The position numbers and the translations under genes are program-made. 64,000 nt of DNA from Gammaproteobacteria bacterium (GTDB lineage Bacteria > Pseudomonadota > Gammaproteobacteria > JAKEHO01): contig JAKEHO010000067.1 of the NCBI GenBank assembly GCA_022614965.1, forward strand, positions 2,489 to 66,488, given 5' to 3'. The notes below the pieces were generated by a model that was given only the letters and a program-made list of their open reading frames with translations, did no database searches and had not been told where the DNA came from. Shown piece after piece: positions 22,353 through 32,621 of this stretch (its first letter is position 1; each line of letters begins with the position of its first letter).

Positions 22353-23345
22353 TTATCCATTTTTAACCCGCTTCAGCAAGGATAATAACCGGTATCCAAA
22401 AACGTCCGGTAGCTTAGCCTCGATCGCCATGTACCAATGTTCTGGGCCAGCAAACCGTTTACATTTCACGGCATCCTTCTCTGTCATGACTACCGGAAGC
22501 CCATCGTCAAAGCATATATCGTCCTTCGCGTATACGTGGTGGTCGGGAAAGACATGTTTAATGAGCCGTAGACCTTTACTGCGCAGCATTGAAAAAAATC
22601 TCGCCGGGTGACCGATTGCGGCAATTGCATGCACGCTCTGTGCTCGAAAACTATCAATGGGGCGCTCTATCCTGTCATCCTTGATGGATCGAAACGGCTG
22701 GGCCACATATTGCATAGCAAATTCGCCCCGATCCGCTAACCCGTTCGTCACCAGCAGGTCAACCGACTTCAGCCTGGTGAGTGGCTCCCGCAATGGGCCG
22801 GCAGGTAAACACCGCCGATTACCGTGGCGACGGATCCCGTCTATGACCGCGATCTCAATGTCCCGGCCTAGTGTGAGATGCTGGAGGCCATCGTCACTTA
22901 CAATGATGTTGCTTCCGGAATATTTGATGAGGGCCTCTGCCGCGGCATAACGATCCGGCCCGACCGCCACGGGACACCGGGTCTGGCGCGCCAGTACAAG
23001 GGCCTCATCACCTACTACCGCGGGATCACTATCGGGCCTGACTTGCTGCGGCCAGTGCCTGGCCGCCCCACCGTAACCCCGGGCTACAATACCAGGCTTA
23101 TAATTATGTTCTTTAAGAAAATTTGCTATCCATATGACCAAAGGGGTTTTTCCTGTTCCTCCTACTGTGATATTTCCGACCACGACAACTGGCACCGGCA
23201 GTGGGTGCGTCGTCATGAGCCCCATCACATAGGCTTGGCGTCTGAGCGCCACCCCGAGGCGATATATCCAGGCAAGCGGCGCTAAGGCCAAACCGAGCGG
23301 ATGCTTGCCATACCAGATCTCTTCGAGGCGTTCTGCCAAGGACAC
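22353..23345 (-). CDS. lpxK: tetraacyldisaccharide 4'-kinase
   Basis: VGNITVGGTGKTP, GDE, DDGLQH, LPAGPLRE, MTEKDAVK; GTG at 23345 is the likely start. Confidence 0.95.
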   Translation of the reverse strand: MSLAERLEEIWYGKHPLGLALAPLAWIYRLGVALRRQAYVMGLMTTHPLPVPVVVVGNITVGGTGKTPLVIWIANFLKEHNYKPGIVARGYGGAARHWPQQVRPDSDPAVVGDEALVLARQTRCPVAVGPDRYAAAEALIKYSGSNIIVSDDGLQHLTLGRDIEIAVIDGIRRHGNRRCLPAGPLREPLTRLKSVDLLVTNGLADRGEFAMQYVAQPFRSIKDDRIERPIDSFRAQSVHAIAAIGHPARFFSMLRSKGLRLIKHVFPDHHVYAKDDICFDDGLPVVMTEKDAVKCKRFAGPEHWYMAIEAKLPDVFGYRLLSLLKRVKNG

Positions 23346-23428
23346 CGCAGCGTGAAACCTAAACCTCTGCGGGCCAATTGATGTCCCACCCTCTACCAAG
23401 GGTACACACGGGCAGGGGCATATTCCGA

Positions 23429-23857
23429 CTAGCGAGATTCATCGGGCTCGACTATCTGGGTCATAAAGCTCAGCCGTCTCAGACCAAGCTGTCTGGCTGC
23501 ATCCATCACCCTGATTACCGTCTGATGTGGTGTTTGGGCATCGGCACTGATAATCACAGGGGCATCCACCAGATCACCAAGTGCGGCATATATCGCCTCT
23601 TTGATTGTCGATAATTGTGCATTCAACAAAAGCTCGTCATTGACGTAAATATGCGATTCAGCATCAACATTTACATTGATGGCATCTGGTTTTGCCTCGC
23701 GCAATTCCTTGCTCGCTTCAGGCAAGGTGATATTAATCTCGGACTTCCTTGAGAACGTAGTCGTCATCACGAAAAAAATGAGTAGCACGAGCAATATATC
23801 AATCAAGTTAATTATATTAATTTCAACATCATCTTTTCGTCGTGATTGGAATTTCAT
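23429..23857 (-). CDS. exbD: ExbD/TolR-family biopolymer transport protein
   Basis: INIINLIDILLVLLIFF TM with conserved Asp; ADAQTPHQ.V..VMD. Confidence 0.9.
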   Translation of the reverse strand: MKFQSRRKDDVEINIINLIDILLVLLIFFVMTTTFSRKSEINITLPEASKELREAKPDAINVNVDAESHIYVNDELLLNAQLSTIKEAIYAALGDLVDAPVIISADAQTPHQTVIRVMDAARQLGLRRLSFMTQIVEPDESR

Positions 23858-23877
23858 TTCAGTAAAGGACCCTGCTG

Positions 23878-24501
23878 TTAATTTGACATATCTTGTTCGC
23901 GCTGACCTTGGATGATCTCCACTAATTTAATTGCTTCCTGCTCCATGGTAATAACCAGTTCATCGACGCGGCTATGGAAATAACGATGGAAAAACATCGC
24001 CGGGATGGCGATGGAAAGACCTGCTACTGTCGCGATAAGGGCCTTTGCGATACCACCGGCCATAAAATTGGGATCGCCGACGCCATGTACGGTGATGGCC
24101 GAGAAAATGTCAATTATGCCGAGGACAGTGCCCAAAAGACCAAGCAGCGGTGATATGACAGCGATGGTCCCAAGTATGTCCAGGAAACGCTCCAAATCAT
24201 GAGTGACATGCCGGCCAACCTCTTCAATACTTTCCTTCATCACTTCCCGCTCATGCTCGCGGTTGACGAGTCCTGCAGCGAGTATGCGCCCCAGTGGCGA
24301 GGACCTGCGCAGCTCGTGGATGCGCTTTGCATCCAGATGGCCAACTTTCTCCCACTGCCAAATCTGTGCTACCAGATTTTCTGGCACGATATGCCTTTCC
24401 CGCAATGTCCAAAAACGTTCAGCAACAATTGCGAGCGCGAGTACAGAGCACAACATGAGTGGCCACATCAGCCAACCGCCCGCCTGCATGATTTCTAACA
24501 C
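23878..24501 (-). CDS. exbB: MotA/TolQ/ExbB proton-channel protein
   Basis: GGWLMWPL, SPLLGLLGTVLG, GGIAKALIATVAGL. Confidence 0.9.
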   Translation of the reverse strand: MLEIMQAGGWLMWPLMLCSVLALAIVAERFWTLRERHIVPENLVAQIWQWEKVGHLDAKRIHELRRSSPLGRILAAGLVNREHEREVMKESIEEVGRHVTHDLERFLDILGTIAVISPLLGLLGTVLGIIDIFSAITVHGVGDPNFMAGGIAKALIATVAGLSIAIPAMFFHRYFHSRVDELVITMEQEAIKLVEIIQGQREQDMSN

Positions 24502-24646
24502 GTCACGCCCGCCTTCTGATGGGCCCCTAATTTGTCGGGCCAAATGTACCAAACCCTTACCAAGGCGAGAAGAAGACCCCGTGAGTATCGCGCCCGGCGT
24601 GGCGTTCGTAATCGCGTTTTCGGTGCCATCAATTCACTCCCTGGGC

Positions 24647-26935
24647 TTAATAACGCGTGTGCCAGAAACGGCGCTCTGCCTCGCGATAGGTCTCGGGGAT
24701 CGAGACGCGCTCGTTGAGCTTGAAACGAATGGCGCCGTCGCGCGCTGTATCCAACATGCGTACGTCTCTCTGTCGGTAGCGCTCAATTATATCCGCTTTT
24801 GGGAAACGGAATCGATTGCGGTAACCGACCGGAAATAGCACATAATCCGGGCTGACCGTATCGATAAACTGCGGGCTAGAAGAGGTCTTACTGCCATGGT
24901 GTGGCGCGATTAAGATATTCGTTTCCGCGATTTCAGGATGGGATTTTAGGAGCCGTCGCTCGGCACGCGCTTGGATATCCCCACTCAAGAGCACTGTCCC
25001 GCCCGAAGTCGATATCTTCAGCACACAAGAGCGGTTATTGGCGGATCGCTGGCTCCGATCAGGCGGATGGATGATCGCGAAGTCCACCCCATTCCAGCGC
25101 CAAGACTGGCCATCCACACAATAGGTGATATGTTTATGCTTTAAGCGATTCGGAACACTCGTTAATATGAGTCCAACGGGGATCTGTTCTAGCAGGCTTT
25201 TCGCGCCACCAATATGGTCATTGTCGCCGTGGCTCACCACAAGTATGTCAAGCTCGTTGATACCATAATAACGAAGATAAGGAACAACGACAGCGCTGCC
25301 AGCATTAAATCGCGCGCTGAACCGCGCTCCGGTGTCGTACACCAACACGTGATCGCGCGTGCGTGCGACAGCCGCAAGGCCCTGCCCTACGTCCAGCAGC
25401 GTAAACCACAGTTCGCCCTCCGCTGGTCGACCTCGCCCGGAAAAGATCAAAGGCAATAACCAGACAAGACCGACCCAGCGCGCGGGGACACCCTTTGGCA
25501 AGAGCAAGATCGCAACACCCATTACACTTGCAGATAACGCCCAAGGCAGTGGCGCTGACTGATGCCACGTGGCGAAATCCACCTTTGAAAGCCAGTGAAG
25601 GTACGGCCAGAGCCAGCCAAGTGTGTACCCGGACGATATCAGTAGGGCCGTACCGAGCGCATTAAAGGGAACTATCGTCAGCGTACCAACAAGCACAATT
25701 GGCACGACAATGAAACTGACCCAAGGCACGGCGACGAGATTCGCCAGCATACCCATCAGCGGATACTGCTGAAACCAGACGATTAATAGCGGTAATAGGC
25801 CGACAGCGACGAGCCACTGCACCCGCCCCCAGCGCCACCAAATACCCTGAGCATGCGTCCGGCCACTCATGCCATAGATGATCACCGCAACAGCCACAAA
25901 TGAAAGCCAGAAGCCAACCGACAGCACGGCAAACGGGTCGATGATCAGAACCGCCAAGAGTGCCAGAATCAACAGGTCAAGCGGTGCGACCCGACGATGC
26001 GCAAGCACCCCTGCCATCACCACAGCCACCATGACCAATGAACGTTGCGTCGGGATGGAGAGGCCCGCCAAGGCGGAATATACCAATGCAGCCAAAAGTC
26101 CTGCGATTGCACCAAAACGGGGCGCTGCCATGTATTGGACTGTGACGCCGAACAGGGACCACAGCCAACTCGCAAGGAAAAACACGAGACCAGCAACGAG
26201 TCCCACATGTAAGCCCGAGATCGAGATGAGGTGACTGGTGCCGGTACGATTAAGCACCTGCCACTGCGACGGCAAGATCTCGTCTTGTACCCCGATCGCC
26301 AGTGCCCCGATCATGCTCGTCTCGGGCGCATCGCCCATGGCGGCCTTGATCGCTTGCCAGAGTCGATGGCGGACACGTTCCAGCGAGACCGCAGGCGGTG
26401 TGTTGAGACGCTGGTTCGCGGGGTTGTTGACGACATACCCTGTCGCGCGAATGTTCTCTCGAAAGAGCCAACCCTCGTAGTCGAAGCCACCGGGATTCAT
26501 GAAGCCGTAGGGCCTCTTCATGCGGACAGCCAGTTGCCAATGTTCTCCCGGACTGAGCAGAGCTGATCTGTCGTCCCAGTTCAATCGCACCCGCCCTGGC
26601 GGCGTCCAACTCTGCCCATCGAAGGCAAGGCCTTCAACGTCGAATTCAAAACGCACAGCACCGCCTCTTTGCACAGGCAGCGAGGCCACGGTCCCTGTAA
26701 CCACCACGGTCTGGCCTTCAATTGCCTTCAAAAGCGCAGAGGACAGGATCAAATCAGCCCGAAAGAGTGCCCATAAAAAGCCGCAAAGGAAAAAGGCGGA
26801 CAGTCTGAGCCTTGGTGTAAAGAGGACGAGACCCACGCCTACCGGCATTAAGTAGATAAGGTGGCTATCTGGCAGGGATGTCAGGTGAATACAGGCCAGA
26901 ATGCCCAGAAGAAACGCGAGCGTGCCTAGGCGCAT
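24647..26935 (-). CDS. comEC: DNA-uptake competence protein ComEC/Rec2
   Basis: NPGGFDYE, HLISISGLH, LDVGQG, SHGDNDH and PHHGS metallo-beta-lactamase motifs. Confidence 0.95.
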   Translation of the reverse strand: MRLGTLAFLLGILACIHLTSLPDSHLIYLMPVGVGLVLFTPRLRLSAFFLCGFLWALFRADLILSSALLKAIEGQTVVVTGTVASLPVQRGGAVRFEFDVEGLAFDGQSWTPPGRVRLNWDDRSALLSPGEHWQLAVRMKRPYGFMNPGGFDYEGWLFRENIRATGYVVNNPANQRLNTPPAVSLERVRHRLWQAIKAAMGDAPETSMIGALAIGVQDEILPSQWQVLNRTGTSHLISISGLHVGLVAGLVFFLASWLWSLFGVTVQYMAAPRFGAIAGLLAALVYSALAGLSIPTQRSLVMVAVVMAGVLAHRRVAPLDLLILALLAVLIIDPFAVLSVGFWLSFVAVAVIIYGMSGRTHAQGIWWRWGRVQWLVAVGLLPLLIVWFQQYPLMGMLANLVAVPWVSFIVVPIVLVGTLTIVPFNALGTALLISSGYTLGWLWPYLHWLSKVDFATWHQSAPLPWALSASVMGVAILLLPKGVPARWVGLVWLLPLIFSGRGRPAEGELWFTLLDVGQGLAAVARTRDHVLVYDTGARFSARFNAGSAVVVPYLRYYGINELDILVVSHGDNDHIGGAKSLLEQIPVGLILTSVPNRLKHKHITYCVDGQSWRWNGVDFAIIHPPDRSQRSANNRSCVLKISTSGGTVLLSGDIQARAERRLLKSHPEIAETNILIAPHHGSKTSSSPQFIDTVSPDYVLFPVGYRNRFRFPKADIIERYRQRDVRMLDTARDGAIRFKLNERVSIPETYREAERRFWHTRY

Positions 26936-27040
26936 TGGTTCATTTTACATGCCGAGGGAGCGCACGGAATTTTGCATCAAGCAAGAGGCGAACCGGATGA
27001 CTGACTAAGATTGCCGATGGGTTGGCCCGAATGTGGCTCT

Positions 27041-27060
27041 ATACTGCATGATACTGCATG
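27041..27060. repeat. perfect 10-bp tandem duplication ATACTGCATG x2
   Basis: Read directly in the comEC-DUF2062 intergenic region. Confidence 0.8.
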
Positions 27061-27450
27061 AGAGGATCAGGATTGAAATCACTATCAGGATGCTTCTTAT
27101 GCCTTGCACGGGATGCTCTATGTTGAGGAATGCATGATTGCGCTGAGCGTGCCTTCCCCTGAATCGAGCGCATTGATACCTGGAATACGCAAGTCCTCCC
27201 AGTTGGTTTGTTAGCGTGTCACGCAAGCGTCTGCCAGCCGTTTATCATACTAGCTTCTTGCTTGTAATACTTTTCTGCATAATTCATTAACAAATTGCTT
27301 TCAAATGTAGTCTCTAACGGCAGATCCCATGGGCCCTGGGACAAAGGAGTGGACGGACCTCTATCTTCCTCCCCATCTTGCTCTAGCGGCAAAATTCCAC
27401 GGCCTTCGGTTATAATAGCCGGCCTTTTGTGGGCGCCGATACCGCCAGAG

Positions 27451-27975
27451 ATGAGCATTAAAGAAATCGTAAAGCGCTACCTGCCAGAAAGACACACGCT
27501 ACGAAACCATCAACAACTTCGGATATTTGGCGAACGCCTTCACGATCCCAACCTCTGGCACTTCACTCGCCGATCTGCAGCGGGAGGCATTGCCGCGGGG
27601 CTTTTTGTCTCATTCGTCCCTGTCCCATTCCAGATGATACTGGCAGCCGCGGTGGCACTCGTTCTCCGCGTCAACCTGCCTCTGGCCGTCGTCTTCACGT
27701 GGGTCACCAATCCTATAACCGTACCGCCCTTGTTCTACCTCGCATACCGAACCGGTAGCGCGATGGTGAATATACCGACGCGTAACGTCGAATATCACTT
27801 CTCGCTTGATTGGTTTCTCAACACCTTGGCGGATATTTGGGAACCGTTTCTTTTGGGGTGCCTCGTCTTAGGGACCTTAAGTGCCGTAGGCGGCTATTGG
27901 GCCACGCGGTTCTTATGGCGTCTTTTTGTCACTCGCAACTGGGCGAGTCGACGTAAATCCATGAAAAAAAGCTAG
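27451..27975 (+). CDS. DUF2062-family membrane protein
   Basis: LHDPNLWHFTRRS, PVPFQM, WVTNPIT; usual position between comEC and lolD. Confidence 0.88.
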   Translation: MSIKEIVKRYLPERHTLRNHQQLRIFGERLHDPNLWHFTRRSAAGGIAAGLFVSFVPVPFQMILAAAVALVLRVNLPLAVVFTWVTNPITVPPLFYLAYRTGSAMVNIPTRNVEYHFSLDWFLNTLADIWEPFLLGCLVLGTLSAVGGYWATRFLWRLFVTRNWASRRKSMKKS

Positions 27976-27976
27976 G

Positions 27977-28660
27977 TTACGTCGACTCGAGATGTCCATC
28001 GGTCAATTGGAGCACGCGGTCCATGCGCGCTGCAAGGCGCATATTATGGGTGACTACGACAAGACTTGATCGATAGAGATTGTTGAGTTCCAGCATCAGG
28101 TCGAAGACCCGATCTGCGGTGTGCTCATCCAAGTTTCCCGTCGGCTCATCCGCCAATATGCACTGAGGCGTCGTCACTATGGCGCGGGCAATCGCAGCTC
28201 GCTGCCGCTCGCCTCCGGACAACTCCCCCGGCTTATGATGCAGGCGATCGCCGAGCCCGACTCTATCCAGTACCTGAGACGCCGCTTGTTTAGCCGTTCG
28301 GGGCTCACTGCCAGCGATCAATAGCGGCATGCACACGTTTTCCAACGCCGAAAATTCAGGCAACAAATGGTGAAACTGGTAAAGAAAACCCAACGCTCGA
28401 TTTCGAAGCTTGCCGCGCGCAACCTCATTCAACGAGGTCATGAGACTGCCATCAACCCTGACTTCTCCCCTCGTCGGCACGTCAAGGCCCCCGAGAAGAT
28501 GAAGGAGAGTACTCTTGCCAGATCCAGAGGCGCCAACGATGGCCACACGATCGCCAGCGGTAACAGTCAGGTCGACGCCGCGTAGCACATTAACGATGAT
28601 GCGTCCTTGAACAAAGGACTTGTGCAGATCTTGACAGGATACCACCGGCGGTTCATTCAT
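27977..28660 (-). CDS. lolD: lipoprotein-releasing ABC transporter ATPase
   Basis: [35 protein letters not shown]; overlaps the permease stop. Confidence 0.95.
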   Translation of the reverse strand: MNEPPVVSCQDLHKSFVQGRIIVNVLRGVDLTVTAGDRVAIVGASGSGKSTLLHLLGGLDVPTRGEVRVDGSLMTSLNEVARGKLRNRALGFLYQFHHLLPEFSALENVCMPLLIAGSEPRTAKQAASQVLDRVGLGDRLHHKPGELSGGERQRAAIARAIVTTPQCILADEPTGNLDEHTADRVFDLMLELNNLYRSSLVVVTHNMRLAARMDRVLQLTDGHLEST

Positions 28661-29900
28661 AGCGCAAGGCTTCGGCCGGCTGAGTACGTGCTGCCCGCCA
28701 TGCAGGATAGATCGTCGCAAGCAAACTCAGCAAGAAAGCCACGATACTGATTCGGATCACGTCGATCCAATGCATGTCCGATGGTACCTCGCTGATGTAA
28801 TAAACGTCTGGCGATAGAAACTTCACGTTGAATAAATGCTCAATATTAGGCACGATGGTCTCCACATTGTTCGCCAACCACACACCGGCCAAAACGCCGA
28901 GAATCGTCCCAACAAGGCCGATTATGGCGCCCTGAACGATGAAGATCCCCATGATGCTTCGAGGCGTAGCACCGAGTGTCATTAAAACGGCGATGTCTGC
29001 CTGTTTGTCCGTCACGACCATGACCAAGGTTGACACGATATTAAACGCTGCAACTGCAACGATAAGCGCCAAGATGATGAACATCACTGTTTTTTCAGTT
29101 TGTAGTGCGCGAAAAAAGTTGGCATGTTGCTGCGTCCAGTCAATTACCCAAAAGTTTCCCGGGAGTTTAGCCACAGCATCTCGAACGATCGCGGGCGCAG
29201 AATAGATATCATCGGTCATGACAAGAAGTCCTGTCACGCCATGTTCGACGCGAAATAGCCGCGCTGCATCATCGATATGTATCAACGCAAGCGAACTGTC
29301 GTACTCGTGCATACCGATCTCAAAGATTCCAACGACTGTAAATCGCCGCAGGCGTGGCAGGATACCCGCTGGTGTAACGGTGGCTTCTGGTGCTACGACA
29401 GTAACCTTGTCGCCGACCTTCACATCCAAGGCATCGGCCAAGCTGCGGCCGAGAATGATTCCATACTCACCCGGTTTCAACGCCGAAAGTTTCCCTGACA
29501 TCATCCGGTCCGCCACGATGGAAACATTGGGTTCGTCACTGGGTGATATACCTCTAACCACAACCCCGTTTACGCGTTGCCCGTGAACGAGCATCGCCTC
29601 GCCCCGGATGAATGGTGCAACGCCATGCACTCTTGGCTGCGCCAGAATCCCTTCCGCAACCTGGGGCCAATTTTGCAGTGCCCTACCCTGCTCAACCACC
29701 ATCGCGTGCGACGCCATACCGAGGATGCGCTCCCGTAGCTCCTTTTCGAAGCCGTTCATAACCGACAGGACAGTAATCAGCGCCAGGACGCCGAGAGCTA
29801 CTCCCAGCATGGAGATCAAGGAAATAAAAGAGATGAAATGATTACGGCGTTTTGCGCGCGTATAACGGAGCCCAATAAATATTTCAAAGGGTTTAAACAT
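28653..29900 (-). CDS. lolE: lipoprotein-releasing ABC transporter permease (LolC/LolE type, single copy here)
   Basis: [31 protein letters not shown]...PAEALRYE. Confidence 0.92.
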   Translation of the reverse strand: MFKPFEIFIGLRYTRAKRRNHFISFISLISMLGVALGVLALITVLSVMNGFEKELRERILGMASHAMVVEQGRALQNWPQVAEGILAQPRVHGVAPFIRGEAMLVHGQRVNGVVVRGISPSDEPNVSIVADRMMSGKLSALKPGEYGIILGRSLADALDVKVGDKVTVVAPEATVTPAGILPRLRRFTVVGIFEIGMHEYDSSLALIHIDDAARLFRVEHGVTGLLVMTDDIYSAPAIVRDAVAKLPGNFWVIDWTQQHANFFRALQTEKTVMFIILALIVAVAAFNIVSTLVMVVTDKQADIAVLMTLGATPRSIMGIFIVQGAIIGLVGTILGVLAGVWLANNVETIVPNIEHLFNVKFLSPDVYYISEVPSDMHWIDVIRISIVAFLLSLLATIYPAWRAARTQPAEALRYE

Positions 29901-30070
29901 TCCGCGGCATTATATCCTAAATACGACGTTTGCCTGTGCAGATCGTTGAATCTGTCAAATCCCAGTGAGATACAGTTAAAAAAGTGAAACAGTCCCACGC
30001 CGAGGGGTAGAAATCAGGGTACAAATGAGATAATGGGAACACACTGACTCGAGCAAGCAGAGATCTAAGT

Positions 30071-30742
30071 TTGAAACTTCTCGCCATCGATACATCGACT
30101 GATGCATGCTCCGCTGCACTTTACATTGACGGCGATATCAAGGAACTATGGGAGCTTGCCCCTCGTCGCCACGCAGAGCTGATCCTGTCAATGATCGATC
30201 GTCTGTGCCAGGATGCGGGGGTGGGTGTTAGAAGCCTGGACGGCCTTGCGTTTGGAAGGGGGCCGGGCGCCTTTACCGGCTTGCGTATCGGCGCGGGTGT
30301 CATTCAAGGGATCGCCTTCGGTACCAACTTGCCGGTGGTGCCGGTCTCATCACTCGCCGCCCTCGCTCAGGGGGCGATGCGCGAGGCGAACCGAGAAAAT
30401 GTACTCTCGGCACTTGATGCCCGCCTTGGCGAGGTCTATTGGGGCGCGTACGCATGCCGCGGGAATGGCATCATGCGAGGCGTCCTCGCCGAATGCGCGT
30501 GCCTACCCAGCGAGGTCCCCCTACCAGGGCACGGACGCTGGTTCGGTGTCGGCAACGGCTGGCAAGTCTATGGCGAGCCCCTGCGGTTGCGCGTTGGCGC
30601 GTTGATCTCGGGGGTTGACCCTGGGCGCACCCCACGGGCACATGACGTCGCCTTGTTAGGCGTCGATGCCCTTTCGCGTGGCGAGGGCGTGAGTGCGGAA
30701 GAGGCCTTGCCCGTCTATCTACGGGATCAGGTTGTTCGATAA
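30071..30742 (+). CDS. tsaB: tRNA t6A biosynthesis protein TsaB
   Basis: LLAIDTST, GRGPGAFTGLRIG, LDARLGEVY, P.YLR; TTG start. Confidence 0.94.
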   Translation: MKLLAIDTSTDACSAALYIDGDIKELWELAPRRHAELILSMIDRLCQDAGVGVRSLDGLAFGRGPGAFTGLRIGAGVIQGIAFGTNLPVVPVSSLAALAQGAMREANRENVLSALDARLGEVYWGAYACRGNGIMRGVLAECACLPSEVPLPGHGRWFGVGNGWQVYGEPLRLRVGALISGVDPGRTPRAHDVALLGVDALSRGEGVSAEEALPVYLRDQVVR

Positions 30743-30786
30743 TTCCTGCTGCCCAGCCCGCTATTAAATCAATACATAAAATAAAT

Positions 30787-30832
30787 CATGGAACTTATTG
30801 ATCAACATGGATGAATATCAAAAACTTCCATG
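30787..30832. repeat. AT-rich 16-bp imperfect inverted repeat between convergent tsaB and cpdA
   Basis: CATGGAACTTATTGAT-N14-ATCAAAAACTTCCATG, 14/16 complementary. Confidence 0.65.
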
Positions 30833-30855
30833 GGCATAGGGCGATCCCTGCACTC

Positions 30856-31677
30856 TTAGGCCCTAGGCGTTGACCCCCCTGCGGAGGCGCCCTCCGGGCC
30901 GAGGCGCAGGATACCGGTCTCAATCGTGCCGTCCTTCTTCAGTACCAGCCAGCGGTATCCTGCCGGGGCAGTATCCGCCCTATACTCGTCCGAGCGAGGC
31001 CTAAACTGAACACAGGTCGAGGGCGATCCAAAGAGATGGACACCGTTGCGCTCTGCGGCAAATTCCTGGTGAATATGGCCCCAGACCACGGCCTTCACCT
31101 GTGCATGGCGGTCGAGAACGGCAAAAAACTCATCGGGGTTATCGAGCGCTATCGCGTCCATCCAGCGACTGCCAATCATGACCGGCGGGTGGTGCAGGCA
31201 GATCAGAGCATAGAGATCTGGCTCTGCCCACAAGGCCTTATCCAGACGCTGCAGCTCGCTAGCCGGCAGATGGCCGCCGTCAGCGTTTCGAAGCACCGTG
31301 TTGAGAAAGACAAACTGCCATCGACCGCGGCGAGCACTGCCTGTGAGGTGAACCCCGGGGGATGGCAGGGCCTCGCCCATTACAGTGGGATCGTCGTGAT
31401 TACCAGGAATACAATAGACAGGTACCGCCAGCCCATTAAAGAGGCTTCGAAGTCGGGTATACGCGCCTACCAGCGGTTCATGGGCCAAATCGCCAGTGGC
31501 GAGGACAAGATCGGGAGGCCAATGGTTCTCACAAGCGAGGTCGATCACGCGCTGCAGTGACACTTCTGTATCGACGCCATCAAAGGTTCTCGAGGGCTCT
31601 GCAAACAGGTGAGTGTCCGTCAATTGAACGATCTTGATGGCGTCAGCCGCATACTGCGCGAATGCGGAATCCTTCAT
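30856..31677 (-). CDS. cpdA: 3',5'-cyclic-AMP phosphodiesterase
   Basis: TDTH, TGDL, PGNHD, HHPP, GHIHQ and PSTCVQF motifs. Confidence 0.9.
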   Translation of the reverse strand: MKDSAFAQYAADAIKIVQLTDTHLFAEPSRTFDGVDTEVSLQRVIDLACENHWPPDLVLATGDLAHEPLVGAYTRLRSLFNGLAVPVYCIPGNHDDPTVMGEALPSPGVHLTGSARRGRWQFVFLNTVLRNADGGHLPASELQRLDKALWAEPDLYALICLHHPPVMIGSRWMDAIALDNPDEFFAVLDRHAQVKAVVWGHIHQEFAAERNGVHLFGSPSTCVQFRPRSDEYRADTAPAGYRWLVLKKDGTIETGILRLGPEGASAGGSTPRA

Positions 31678-31807
31678 ACGATCGCAAGACCTGCTGGCAA
31701 CGTCTGAGGGTCATCTCTTTCCATTACAAGCACGCTTATCTAAGCTGACATGATCCCAAAGAAAATACATGCTAATAGATTATGCTAATCAAGGCGAAAA
31801 TCTCACC

Positions 31808-32470
31808 ATGGCAAGAAAGAGCATCACATTAACCGACACCCTTCATGAGTACCTTATCTCTGTGTCGCTGCGCGAGTCTGACGTTCTTAAGAAGCTGCGT
31901 CAGGAAACCGCTAAATATCCCATGGCGGAGATGCAGATTGCCCCAGAACAAGGGCAATTTATGAGCATCTTGATACAAATCATGGGCGCGACCAAGGCGC
32001 TCGAGGTTGGCGTATTTACCGGTTATAGCTCAATTTGCATCGCCCTTGCGCTGCCTGCAGAGGGCCGGCTCATCGCTTGCGATATTAACGAGGAATGGAC
32101 TGCAGTGGCACAGCGATATTGGCGGCAGGCCGGCGTCGCCGAGAAGATTGAACTGGTTTTGGCTCCGGGGCTGAACACGATGGACAGACTACTGGAGAGC
32201 GGTGAAGGATCCACCTTTGACTTCATTTTTATCGACGCCGAAAAAGCAAACTACCTCGGCTATTACGAGCGATCGTTAAAGCTGCTTCGCAGAGGCGGCC
32301 TTTTGCTGGTGGACAACGTGCTATGGTCAGGAAGGGTTGCCGATCCAAGCGAGCAGGACCTCGACACAGTGGCGATTCGTATCTTCAACGAACAACTTCA
32401 TCAGGATGACCGCATCGCGATTTCCATGTTGCCCGTAGCAGACGGCCTTACCCTGGCAGTGAAGCGGTGA
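31808..32470 (+). CDS. caffeoyl-CoA-type (COMT-like) SAM-dependent O-methyltransferase
   Basis: MQIAPEQGQF, LEVGVFTGYS, FDFIFIDA.K, VDNVLWSG. Confidence 0.9.
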   Translation: MARKSITLTDTLHEYLISVSLRESDVLKKLRQETAKYPMAEMQIAPEQGQFMSILIQIMGATKALEVGVFTGYSSICIALALPAEGRLIACDINEEWTAVAQRYWRQAGVAEKIELVLAPGLNTMDRLLESGEGSTFDFIFIDAEKANYLGYYERSLKLLRRGGLLLVDNVLWSGRVADPSEQDLDTVAIRIFNEQLHQDDRIAISMLPVADGLTLAVKR

Positions 32471-32621
32471 TGATTCCTTTGTAACGCCAGTACGAGAAGC
32501 CTTGACAGAACAATGATAAGCGTACAGGGCTGATGGGGCACCCGACGCTTTTTGGTAGAATTGAATCCATCAAGCACCATCACATTTTATTTCAACCGTA
32601 TGACGCTCCGCGGTGATACAG

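Noticed and set aside
23346-23428. msbA missing between exbD and lpxK
   Set aside because: The comEC-exbB-exbD-lpxK order without msbA is known, for example in Pseudomonas aeruginosa
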